A stretch of 25,495 nucleotides of DNA from IMG/VR virus record IMGVR_UViG_3300025372_000038, positions 1 to 25,495 of that record; one strand, 5' to 3'. A program made the position numbers and the translations under genes. Source of the stretch: a virus. Taxonomy: Duplodnaviria; Caudoviricetes. Shown here in pieces: positions 1 through 8,549 of this stretch. The notes under the pieces are model-generated. The model ran no database searches. It had not been told where the DNA came from and worked only from the letters and a program-made list of their open reading frames with translations. Each line of letters starts with the position of its first letter. The stretch's first letter is position 1.

Positions 1-983
1 GTTATATTTGGTGTAGATGTAGCCGTAGCAACAGATGTAATAACGCCGTTTTGATTGTTGGTGCTTACGCTAGTCACAGTACCGCCGGGGTTACTAGAGT
101 TAATTTGTACTGAACCTGTAGCTGAATTGATAGTAACATTAGTACCTGCGACAATAGAAGTAACACCTGTGTTTGATAAAGTGATTGAGCCAGTAGAAGC
201 ATTGGCACTTATGCCAGTACCTGTAGATATATTTGTTACACCAGCATTGCTAAGGGTAACTGAACTTCCAAGTTGTGTATTGCCACCACCGCTCAAACCA
301 TTGCCAGCTATAACATTGATAGAATTATTAGTTAGCTGACTATTAGTAATATTTCCCAAAGTACCACCTAAAGTTAGGTTTCCAGTTGTAGTAACATTAC
401 CAGTTAAGGTAATGCCATTTACATTTCCTGTACCACCTACTTGTGTGACTGTACCATTGTAATTATTGGTTAAAGTAATTGTACCACCTAATTGCACGTT
501 ACCACCGCCTGATAAACCTGTACCCGCAGTAACTGTAATTGAATTATTAGTTAACTGACTGTTAGTGATCTTACCTGTCAAAGCGGTTGTAGGAAGATTG
601 CTACCATTGTTTAAGCTTACATAGCTTGGTGTGCCTAAGTTAGGCGTAACCATCGTAGCACTATTAAGCGTAGCATTGTTAGAGAATACAATAGCTCCCG
701 TACCTGTTTGTGGCGATGCACCCAGTTGATCTATAGTTGCACCGTTTACAATTCCGTAACCTGCTGCGCTATTTGGCGTATTAGTAATTTGATTCCAAGA
801 GACATTACCACTTACGTTAGTTGCTATAATTATACCCGTACCATTGGGAGTAACCGATGTTCCACTACCTACAATAAATGAGTTAGTAAGTGCATTAGTG
901 CTCGGCGACTTTTGCACATTAACATTAGGTACTTGTGCTGCTAAAGCACAAGCGGTGAGTAAATAAGCAATTAGCTTCTTCAT
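1..983 (-). CDS. Signal-peptide-bearing tail-fibre/adhesin-like protein, truncated at the window edge (>327 aa; absent from the ORF track)
   Basis: Manual translation from ATG 983 (ATGA overlap with the stop of 980..1804) is open to position 1: MKKLIAYLLTACALAAQVPNVNVQKSPSTNALTNSF.... It is Gly/Thr/Asn/Ser-rich, with fibre-type motifs VTPNLGTPS, TAGTGLSGGG, GVTSIVAGTNVTI and GGTVTSVS. Confidence 0.85.
   Translation of the reverse strand, partial: MKKLIAYLLTACALAAQVPNVNVQKSPSTNALTNSFIVGSGTSVTPNGTGIIIATNVSGNVSWNQITNTPNSAAGYGIVNGATIDQLGASPQTGTGAIVFSNNATLNSATMVTPNLGTPSYVSLNNGSNLPTTALTGKITNSQLTNNSITVTAGTGLSGGGNVQLGGTITLTNNYNGTVTQVGGTGNVNGITLTGNVTTTGNLTLGGTLGNITNSQLTNNSINVIAGNGLSGGGNTQLGSSVTLSNAGVTNISTGTGISANASTGSITLSNTGVTSIVAGTNVTINSATGSVQINSSNPGGTVTSVSTNNQNGVITSVATATSTPNI
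246..569 (-). repeat. Two diverged 35-aa repeats inside the leftmost fibre-like gene
   Basis: 465..569 encodes ITNSQLTNNSITVTAGTGLSGGGNVQLGGTITLTN and 246..350 encodes ITNSQLTNNSINVIAGNGLSGGGNTQLGSSVTLSN; the period is 219 nt. Confidence 0.85.
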
Positions 984-1804
984 GAAGTTACAGAGGGGAT
1001 TGAGTAAAGAGTTGGAACGAATTTACCTTGACCTACACTCCAGACATAATCGAATGTAGCTGATAAAAATCCTCCCGTAGTAGTAATGCTTGTTAATAAA
1101 ACTCCTGTTATAGAACCATTATAGATCTTTATTAAGATACCAGAAGTTGCTGGTAATAACAATACTACTTTTACATGAGCACCAGAGACTGCACCAGCAG
1201 TAGAAATAATAATATTACTTGTTCTAGCTGTTCCAGTGAAAGTAATAATCTCAGTATGATTAGAGGTTGTAGGAAGAATTGAATTATTCCCACTAACATT
1301 AGTTTGCTCATTTTCACTGGTGTATAAATTCGGTGGAACAGGTAATGCCCAACTTGTATTTATTACAGTAATATATCCAGCAGTATAAGTAATAACTTGA
1401 TTCGTGGTACTTAAACCCTGAACAATTAACCAATACTGAGCAGATGATTGCGCGCCTAAAGAAAGATCTGCTAATGCAGCCGTTATATTAAAAGTTGCAT
1501 TTTGTAATAACCCTGTTTGCCAATCAGCCCAATCACAATAGGTCGTAGTAAAAGATGAAGCAGGTACAGTAATTGCTACAGATTGCACTAGCGAAGTATT
1601 GCTCTGTTGCAATACAAGTTGCATTGATGCCAAGTTTGATAGGTCAACAGGGTTGTTGTAAGCATCAAAGACGGCAACTTGAAATGCCACGTTAGAGGCG
1701 CGCCACATCCGTGGCGTTGTGCCTGTGTTCGCATCGTATGGTGAACCGCCCGTTACGGAGAGTTGTAGGCGTATTGGTTCTTGTGAATATTGGGCGGCTA
1801 TCAT
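980..1804 (-). CDS. Tail/baseplate accessory protein with a BppU-like N-terminal beta-sandwich (putative fibre adaptor)
   Basis: 274 aa. The N-terminal pattern MWRASNVAFQVAVFD...PVDLSN...ATFNITAA...YWLIVQG...TYTAGYITV resembles BppU-N/Ig-like adaptor domains. It lies in the fibre cluster and is coupled to its neighbours. Confidence 0.55.
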   Translation of the reverse strand: MIAAQYSQEPIRLQLSVTGGSPYDANTGTTPRMWRASNVAFQVAVFDAYNNPVDLSNLASMQLVLQQSNTSLVQSVAITVPASSFTTTYCDWADWQTGLLQNATFNITAALADLSLGAQSSAQYWLIVQGLSTTNQVITYTAGYITVINTSWALPVPPNLYTSENEQTNVSGNNSILPTTSNHTEIITFTGTARTSNIIISTAGAVSGAHVKVVLLLPATSGILIKIYNGSITGVLLTSITTTGGFLSATFDYVWSVGQGKFVPTLYSIPSVTS

Positions 1805-1807
1805 AGT

Positions 1808-2635
1808 TTAAACTCCGAATACTTGGATTGAGATACAGCTAGAATCTTCTGAAGCAGGGCCACTACCTGTATAAGGTTCCCATGCATAAACACGAAGTTG
1901 GCTTGCGGTACGAATACCAAGAGTTCCAATAGGGCCAGCTCCAGTAATAATGTTATTATCACCAGCGATACTATTTACGCCGTTTTGTGTACCACATGAT
2001 CCAGTAAAAGAATAATTAGCACTTGGTAATGCGCCTGAAGAAAAGAAAATGTCATACACGCCTGTTGATACTTTATAAACGTGATCTACGTTATAAGAAG
2101 CAGCACCGCCAATGATTGTACAATTTGTACCTGTGGTTGCACGACCATCAAAACATACCCATGCTCTAGCAATCTGTGGGCTGATAGTAGAAACTATGTT
2201 TTGTATATATGGAATCCAGTAAGCGGTATTTAAACCATTACCCGTATTATTATCTTGTAAACTTACATATAAAGTACCAAGACCATCAGAAGATTTAGCA
2301 AAAGACCCTTGGTAATAAGTAGTATTTATATCCCATTCAGGAATACCTTCTTGATAAAGGTAGTTAAGAAAATAAGAAGTTACAAATTCTACTGCATTAA
2401 CGTCTTCAAGATTAGGCTGAGTTGTACCTCCTGCAATAGCAGTAACCGCGCCTTGCCAACCATTGAGCCAAGCAGAAGTTTGAATGAGTGCTGGGTCTTG
2501 GCTATAAGCAGGTGTCCCTGCAACCGCAGTACCGAACTCAGCTATGTCGCTAGTTGGCGAACCACTACCACCTAAATAGGTAGTATGGTTGCCGTCAAAA
2601 AGCTTTGTTGTCTTTCTTACAATGGTCTTAGACAT
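1808..2635 (-). CDS. Short baseplate-anchored tail fibre
   Basis: 275 aa. The N-terminus (IVRKTTKLF...EFGT...DPALIQ...WLNGW...PNLEDVNA...YLYQEGIPEWDINTTYY) is typical of fibres in DUF2612/DUF3383-type myoviruses. The C-terminus has an ARAWVCFDG...YNV...STGVYDIFF domain. Confidence 0.8.
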   Translation of the reverse strand: MSKTIVRKTTKLFDGNHTTYLGGSGSPTSDIAEFGTAVAGTPAYSQDPALIQTSAWLNGWQGAVTAIAGGTTQPNLEDVNAVEFVTSYFLNYLYQEGIPEWDINTTYYQGSFAKSSDGLGTLYVSLQDNNTGNGLNTAYWIPYIQNIVSTISPQIARAWVCFDGRATTGTNCTIIGGAASYNVDHVYKVSTGVYDIFFSSGALPSANYSFTGSCGTQNGVNSIAGDNNIITGAGPIGTLGIRTASQLRVYAWEPYTGSGPASEDSSCISIQVFGV

Positions 2636-2674
2636 CGATAGTATTAGTTAAAGGCTGTATTTTTAAATTCAATC

Positions 2675-4327
2675 TTATTCAAGTAACCAGTTAGATCCGT
2701 CTGAATATACTTTTCTTACATAACCACCACCGCCTGAAGTAGTATTACCTATGTTACTACCGGGGGAATCTGTACTATCTGAAACAAAACATTCAGCGTA
2801 TTGGTTACCGCTAGCAGATGGAAGTCCACTAACACTGTAATGACTTAATTTTACTAAACCTGAAAATTGTACTTGGTTTGTACCAGTGGGTATCCCCATG
2901 GCAATACCGCCTGTAGGTGAAAACATTAACACATCATATGTACTTCCTTTACCAGTAAGTTCTAATCCGAAAGCTGAATAAGCACCAATTTGGCCTTGTC
3001 CATTACTTGCGGGTGTACCTGTTGGAGAAGTTAAATTAAGATAGCCGCCAGAAGCGTTAATTACGCTTCCTGTAAAATTAACAGTACCAGATGCGGATAA
3101 TGTAGTAAAAGAACCTGTCGAAGGAGTAGATGAACCAATACTAGAATTGTTAATGTTTTTATTATTTAAACCTTCAGTACCAGATGGAGTAGTATAATCT
3201 GCACCAGCTGTAGCAGCTATAATAGTACCCGAGCCATTGCCTTTAGCTAAACCACTAACAGTACCTATACCATTACCTGCGTAAGCACTTTGCATGGATA
3301 TAGTACCCGAAGTAGTAATTGTTCCACCAGTAAGACCTGTACCTGTAGCTACAGATGTTACTGTACCTGTTCCACCGCCACCGCCTGAACCATTTGAAGC
3401 TGAAGTAATACGGCCGTAAGAATCTACAGTAATATTAGCATTGGTATAAGAACCTGCAGATACACCAGATGTAGCTAATGCGATATTACCGCCAGAAGTA
3501 GTAAGACCAGCTCCAGTCCAGCTTGTAATAGTTGTAGCTCCTAACTTAAAAGAATTAGCTAAAACTAAATTACCATAAACACTAGTTGAGGCAGTAACTT
3601 TACCAATGGGGTCTAATATTATTTGATTAGAAGTGCCATCAGTAATTTGAGTTACACCATTGATATAATTAGTACCCGTGCCATTAAAATTAAATCCATA
3701 ACCTGTAATAATACCAGAAGCAGTTATGTAACCCGAAGCATTAATAGAAACAAAATTAGCTGGAGAAAAAGTACAATTAAAGAATCCATTATCTTGTATG
3801 CCAGAAAATGTAACTTGGCTTGTTGTATCTATAGCTTGAGGTGTGCTAATTGTTGCGACATTGCTTGTTATTGATACTCCAATTTCATGTGGTGTACCTA
3901 AAATATTAACAATTCCTCCGCCACCACTTCCACCACCAGTATTTGTTAAAGTACCAGCAGAAAAATTAAGTCCAGTACCAATAGTAACTTTATTTAAAGC
4001 TCCAGTAGAGTCAGTATATAACATACCATTGCCACCTGTAGCAAATGAAGGTATTGTAACTTGTGAAGCATTAACTGTCATAACGCTATTTGTAATGTTA
4101 TTACCGCCTAAATATGCAGTAGAAACATCTAAAATATTAGCAGCACTTGTACCAGACATTGCTGCACCACCAACTAATGCTACTGGGCCAGTAAAATGAG
4201 TACCCGAAGTATTACTATAACTACCATCAGGGTATGTCATTGTACCAGTAATAACTGGATTATTAAGTGGTACGCTTTGGGCGAAACCGAAACTAATTAA
4301 GCTTAAAAAGAGGAATAGTTTTTTCAT
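2675..4327 (-). CDS. Signal-peptide-bearing tail-fibre-like protein
   Basis: 550 aa, starting MKKLFLFLSLISFGFA|QSVP. It contains fibre modules GSYTNANITVDSYGRITSASNG, GTVTSVATGTGLTGGTITTSGTIS and INNSSIGSSTPSTGSFTTL, poly-Gly hinges, and a C-terminal YSVSGLPSA...VYSDGSNW domain. Confidence 0.8.
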   Translation of the reverse strand: MKKLFLFLSLISFGFAQSVPLNNPVITGTMTYPDGSYSNTSGTHFTGPVALVGGAAMSGTSAANILDVSTAYLGGNNITNSVMTVNASQVTIPSFATGGNGMLYTDSTGALNKVTIGTGLNFSAGTLTNTGGGSGGGGIVNILGTPHEIGVSITSNVATISTPQAIDTTSQVTFSGIQDNGFFNCTFSPANFVSINASGYITASGIITGYGFNFNGTGTNYINGVTQITDGTSNQIILDPIGKVTASTSVYGNLVLANSFKLGATTITSWTGAGLTTSGGNIALATSGVSAGSYTNANITVDSYGRITSASNGSGGGGGTGTVTSVATGTGLTGGTITTSGTISMQSAYAGNGIGTVSGLAKGNGSGTIIAATAGADYTTPSGTEGLNNKNINNSSIGSSTPSTGSFTTLSASGTVNFTGSVINASGGYLNLTSPTGTPASNGQGQIGAYSAFGLELTGKGSTYDVLMFSPTGGIAMGIPTGTNQVQFSGLVKLSHYSVSGLPSASGNQYAECFVSDSTDSPGSNIGNTTSGGGGYVRKVYSDGSNWLLE

Positions 4328-4695
4328 GCTAGTGCTTCCCAGAAAATTGAATGTGTGGTATCGCCTGTTGGCCCAAAGAGTTGAACTTGAAATGAGGTAG
4401 TACTAATAGTTCCGCTAACAACATTACCCTGAATTAAAGACGAGCTTGTTGATGGTGTATAAAACGTCAAACGTATCTTAGTAGGAACTACAGGTAATGT
4501 CGATCCATAGCTGATAGTAAATAGGGTATTTGTCGCTGATCCGATAGTATAAACATTATTAGCGAGTAAACGGCCACAAAGAAGCGATACTGAGATTTGT
4601 CCGCTGCCAGATGCGACACTTTGAACTTCTAAAGAGTCGTCACTTAAAGGTACGGTTCTTACGGTAGAGATACCTAGAATTGTTGATGTTGCCAT
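4324..4695 (-). CDS. Small tail-fibre-associated protein (N-terminal docking-like segment plus small C-terminal beta domain)
   Basis: 123 aa, with an ATGA overlap to the next gene. The C-terminus TISTTSFQV...SIFWEALA resembles gp53-like/H-type-lectin fibre tip domains. Confidence 0.55.
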   Translation of the reverse strand: MATSTILGISTVRTVPLSDDSLEVQSVASGSGQISVSLLCGRLLANNVYTIGSATNTLFTISYGSTLPVVPTKIRLTFYTPSTSSSLIQGNVVSGTISTTSFQVQLFGPTGDTTHSIFWEALA

Positions 4696-4699
4696 GAGA

Positions 4700-5389
4700 T
4701 TAAGTAGTTACACGCTCTGTTGTATTGTCGGAAAGGGTGCGGATTGTTGTGCCGTCTGATAAAACGCGTAAATTACCTGCGGACACAAAATTTATACCTA
4801 CACCCATTGGTTTAGGTAAAAACTGTTCTATGATGGAAATAGGAACTGTTTGAGAAATATCTGGGGCAATATAATAAGTCAAAGTCATGTTAGTATTATC
4901 TACTACTGTAATTGTGCCCGGAAAAAACTGATTCAATAACTTTTGAATAGAGTATAAAGTATTATCACTGGAATTGAGGATAATCTTTAACTGGATTAAA
5001 ATGCGATAAGCATCATCAGATAATGCGAAAGAGTTGGTTGAAGCATACCCATAACGCATCCAAATGATGCCTGTATTAACTCCACCAGCGTATCTTTGTA
5101 AACCATTGGGATTACCTGTGTGGCCGGGGTAGCGTTCAAACCCATACGTATTTACCGTTGATGAAGTACCTTGTAGTCTTGAAATGCCTACATACTTGCC
5201 AATAATATCTAACTGAACACCTACAGCCGTATTAACATCAAAAGCAACTTGTAAGCTTTGAGTTAAATAGTCACATACGGCTTGTTTACATAATATAGCA
5301 ACCGTTTGAGTTGCTTTGGGCAACCCACGATATTGTAATATCAGTCGATTCTGATAATACGATACTACATCATTTAAATTAGGATTCAT
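4700..5389 (-). CDS. Baseplate wedge protein, DUF2612-like
   Basis: 229 aa with motifs LILQYRGLPKA, FDVNTAVGVQLDIIGKYVG.SR, LSDDAYR and LPKPMGV; it directly follows baseplate J. Confidence 0.88.
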   Translation of the reverse strand: MNPNLNDVVSYYQNRLILQYRGLPKATQTVAILCKQAVCDYLTQSLQVAFDVNTAVGVQLDIIGKYVGISRLQGTSSTVNTYGFERYPGHTGNPNGLQRYAGGVNTGIIWMRYGYASTNSFALSDDAYRILIQLKIILNSSDNTLYSIQKLLNQFFPGTITVVDNTNMTLTYYIAPDISQTVPISIIEQFLPKPMGVGINFVSAGNLRVLSDGTTIRTLSDNTTERVTT

Positions 5390-6600
5390 TAAGAAGTAAT
5401 GTTAATATATGTAGAAGTGTTTGCTGGTATTATAAATTGGTAATTTACTGCAGTAGGACTTACTGTAGTTGACCAAGTAGTACCATCTTTAGATACCGCT
5501 TCACCACTAATAACTACATTAGGATATTGAGACTTTATGTAAGATACTATTGAAGTAGTATCTGCTATTTGATTTATGCTATAAGAATTAGCGAAATAAC
5601 TAAAAACAGATTGAGCTATGTTTGAAGTAGAAATAGAACCTGTAATTGCTTCAGCCGTACATTTAAAATACAGGGGCTGAGTTGTAGCATAATCAAACAA
5701 AACGCTAAAATTAGTACCATCAAGTTGTGGTACACTTATAGAGATACTACCTTTCATGCCACAGCCCGCATTACGTTTAACGTAAATAGCATTTGCTACT
5801 TCTGTTTGAACGGTAGAATTATTAGTACCAGAAACAATACACCAAATGGAATGACCGGGGACTCCATTAACGTCTGTAGTAGATGTTATATTTTCATATA
5901 CAGAAGCATAATTAATTCCATCTATATCTATTAACGCTCCGTATAATCCTGCTAAGTATCCTTTACTTGGTTGAGCTACAGAATATGAACGGCGAATACG
6001 AAGTGCTGAATCTGTTTCTTGTGCTACACCAAGACTGGTATAAGTGTTAGGATTATTTACAGAGGTAACTCCTAAAGTTACTGTAACAATAGAAGTAATA
6101 GAATTAAGGCTAGATTGAACTGGCCCTATATTCACCGCTTGGAATATTAACGAAGTACTACTTGCAGTTGAAAGCGTAGTTGTAGTTAAAAGCTGATACT
6201 GGTTAGTACCATCAGAAACAGTAAAAGCAGTAGTAGGATATAAATCCAAGCCCGGTAAAGTTACTGAAGAAGTATTAGTAACTAATACAGGTTGCTGTGT
6301 ATATGTACCCGCGTGACGAACAACGCCATTAATTGCACAACGGCTATCCAAAGTAACACCGACCGCTTGATCGGGATCCATGGAAGTATAAATTTGCTGA
6401 AGCAGTTCAAGCGTATCTTCTATAGCCAAAGCAAATATATTAACCATATTTGCATCTGGTGAATTAGGATTAAGATTAATCGTAGGGCCGTAAATCTGGT
6501 AAAGGCCGGGGTATCCCGATTCACCATTTTGAATCGCATTAATAACATCCGATAAACTCTTAATAGTCAGCCCCGAGGCTGTGATGGAATTGGTGGACAT
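5389..6600 (-). CDS. Baseplate J / Mu gp47-like wedge protein
   Basis: 403 aa with motifs DPDQAVGVTLD, GVAQETDSALRIRR and VYENIT...GVPGHSIWCIVSG. Confidence 0.92.
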   Translation of the reverse strand: MSTNSITASGLTIKSLSDVINAIQNGESGYPGLYQIYGPTINLNPNSPDANMVNIFALAIEDTLELLQQIYTSMDPDQAVGVTLDSRCAINGVVRHAGTYTQQPVLVTNTSSVTLPGLDLYPTTAFTVSDGTNQYQLLTTTTLSTASSTSLIFQAVNIGPVQSSLNSITSIVTVTLGVTSVNNPNTYTSLGVAQETDSALRIRRSYSVAQPSKGYLAGLYGALIDIDGINYASVYENITSTTDVNGVPGHSIWCIVSGTNNSTVQTEVANAIYVKRNAGCGMKGSISISVPQLDGTNFSVLFDYATTQPLYFKCTAEAITGSISTSNIAQSVFSYFANSYSINQIADTTSIVSYIKSQYPNVVISGEAVSKDGTTWSTTVSPTAVNYQFIIPANTSTYINITS

Positions 6601-6601
6601 A

Positions 6602-6967
6602 TTAATTTAAGACGTTTACAGAGTTAGTAACTGAAGTTGAATAGATGGTATTGATATTATAAGTCAGTGAAAGATTCCTACTGCTACTTAAAGAAGTAGA
6701 TACTGAATTAACTTTAACTACCCCATAGCAGTTAGATAATAAGCTAGTAAGCTGAATCTTAATCGTGGCTTGTGTATTTCTAGTACCTAATAGATTTATC
6801 CAATCAATACCAAAGGTAGCGTTCCAAAAAGCATCATTGTAAAAAGACCTAATGGCCGTAGCTATATTAACCTCAATAGCTTTCTCATCCGTGAGATAAC
6901 TCCCAAGGCCATTACCAAAATTCCAATCCCCAGTAGCAGGATCTATTGCTCTAAAAATCATGCTCAT
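6602..6967 (-). CDS. Baseplate wedge/sheath initiator (gp25/gpW-like)
   Basis: 121 aa between spike and baseplate J; motifs RAID..GDWNFG.G and FWNATFGIDW. Confidence 0.8.
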   Translation of the reverse strand: MSMIFRAIDPATGDWNFGNGLGSYLTDEKAIEVNIATAIRSFYNDAFWNATFGIDWINLLGTRNTQATIKIQLTSLLSNCYGVVKVNSVSTSLSSSRNLSLTYNINTIYSTSVTNSVNVLN

Positions 6968-7617
6968 GTTTTCAACAAATTATTAAGTGCGGTTTGAACA
7001 TTAGTCAATGCTGTCACAGTAGCTGGGTTTGGAGTAGTACCGTCAGTATTATGCCAAGAAGTTAATGCTGATATTAAAGAAGTTAAAGTTGTAAGTAAGT
7101 CGGTAGTACTGTTTGCTAATTTAGCTTTACCTGACCCAAGAGATAAAGTTATAGGGCCAGAGCCGATTAATTGTGTATCGGTTGAAGAGTAAGTACTTAA
7201 TGGGTTTTTACCAGAAAATAAGCCAACTAAAGCAATTCCATCAGATAAAGAATGAGTTCGTGTAGTGTTGGGGGCATTACCTGTTTGACCCGAGGTATAC
7301 CAGCTATCCATATCCCTATCATTAAAAAGAACTAGGCATATATCCCCTTTAGTAATCGGAAAGGTAATAGCTCCAGACCCACCATGAGGGATTATTACTG
7401 GGACAGATAATAGGGTGGGATACTTAATAAGAGTCCCATTATATACCTCTGCTATGTTTATATTAATGTCGGCAGTCTGAGTAGCAGGGTAAAACGCTTG
7501 TACTATACCTATTTGATGGCAGTTTAAATCCCTAGAAAGCTCATCTTTTAATAAAAGTTGTAGCCCTCTTTCATCTGGCTGAATAGGGGATTGAGTAGGT
7601 GTGGGATAAGTACTCAT
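6964..7617 (-). CDS. Baseplate central spike (Gp138-like/gpV)
   Basis: Motifs IGIVQAF.P..QTADI, VPVIIPHGG...ITFPI.KGD.CLVLFNDRDMD.W and RTHSLSDGIALVG. The start is moved to ATG 7617 (MSTYP), which forms an ATGA overlap with the hub stop. Confidence 0.88.
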   Translation of the reverse strand: MSTYPTPTQSPIQPDERGLQLLLKDELSRDLNCHQIGIVQAFYPATQTADININIAEVYNGTLIKYPTLLSVPVIIPHGGSGAITFPITKGDICLVLFNDRDMDSWYTSGQTGNAPNTTRTHSLSDGIALVGLFSGKNPLSTYSSTDTQLIGSGPITLSLGSGKAKLANSTTDLLTTLTSLISALTSWHNTDGTTPNPATVTALTNVQTALNNLLKT

Positions 7618-8549
7618 GTTAAAGTTGGTGGGGCGGGTATATATTGGAGAGCTTCTGTACCATACCAAAGGCTATATGTTGTAGTACGTTGACCACCAAC
7701 AGAAAATGAAATAAGGCCCTTATGGCTAAAGCCTCTTATTTGATAAACACGGTTAAAAATCGAATTATCTACGCTATTTAATCTAGCTGTTTGATTCATT
7801 TGAACCTGTGGATTAAATAGCGTTTTAGCTACTACCATAGCTCCAGAGCGTTCTGGGGGTTCAAGAAGTCCAGTTTCAGCTTCTATAAGTATCTCAGGTA
7901 AATCTAATACATCATTATAACCCAATACTTTTAATTGGTTTAAATCGATTGTAGCTGAAACTGACATAGGCAAAAATGCCTTTAATAAGTTAGCCGTAGG
8001 GCCATACATGGCTAAAGGTCTTAAATTAGTAAAAGACGTATTGTCAGGAATATTACCAAATAGCGGGGTTGAAGCTAATTTATAAGTGCTAACAAAGTCC
8101 TGATTTAAAGTATAAAGAACATTCTTTAATGACGTTCTTGGTAAAGCATTGAAGCTACTAAAAGAATTAGCTAAAGCATGAGCACCATCGAAAGCCTCAA
8201 TAACGGTTAAAAAATCCCTACCCGGCCTTTTACTATAAGCCCACCGCACCCACCCATTAAAAAGCAAAACCTCTTGACCATTATATCCAGCTTTGAATTG
8301 AATATTAGCTCTATCTAAATAAGCGTACTGATCGTGATATAAAAGATTACGGGTATTTTCTTTTAAATTATAAAGTGTAAAAGTAGCAGTTTGTGAGCTA
8401 CCCCAAAATTGTCTTTGTATTTCAAATTCACAAGTAATCGGTAACTGGATAGTTACAGTTTGTGAAGCATCACGATATGGACTTCCAATAACAGGTTTAT
8501 ATGGCCCACATTCTATAGATAAAGTATATGTAGGATTATTACTAATCAT
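7614..8549 (-). CDS. Baseplate hub protein (T4 gp27-like)
   Basis: Motifs ATFTLYNL, IQFKAGY...LLFNG, TVIEAFDG and ETGLLEPP...LFNP. The likely start is ATG 8549 (MISNN). Confidence 0.85.
   Translation of the reverse strand: MISNNPTYTLSIECGPYKPVIGSPYRDASQTVTIQLPITCEFEIQRQFWGSSQTATFTLYNLKENTRNLLYHDQYAYLDRANIQFKAGYNGQEVLLFNGWVRWAYSKRPGRDFLTVIEAFDGAHALANSFSSFNALPRTSLKNVLYTLNQDFVSTYKLASTPLFGNIPDNTSFTNLRPLAMYGPTANLLKAFLPMSVSATIDLNQLKVLGYNDVLDLPEILIEAETGLLEPPERSGAMVVAKTLFNPQVQMNQTARLNSVDNSIFNRVYQIRGFSHKGLISFSVGGQRTTTYSLWYGTEALQYIPAPPTLT

Noticed and set aside
55-4199. Plus-strand ORFs 55..339, 2309..2575, 3623..3874 and 3843..4199
   Set aside because: They are antisense shadows of Gly/Thr-rich fibre genes; the Pro/Val-rich translations mirror the minus-strand codons.
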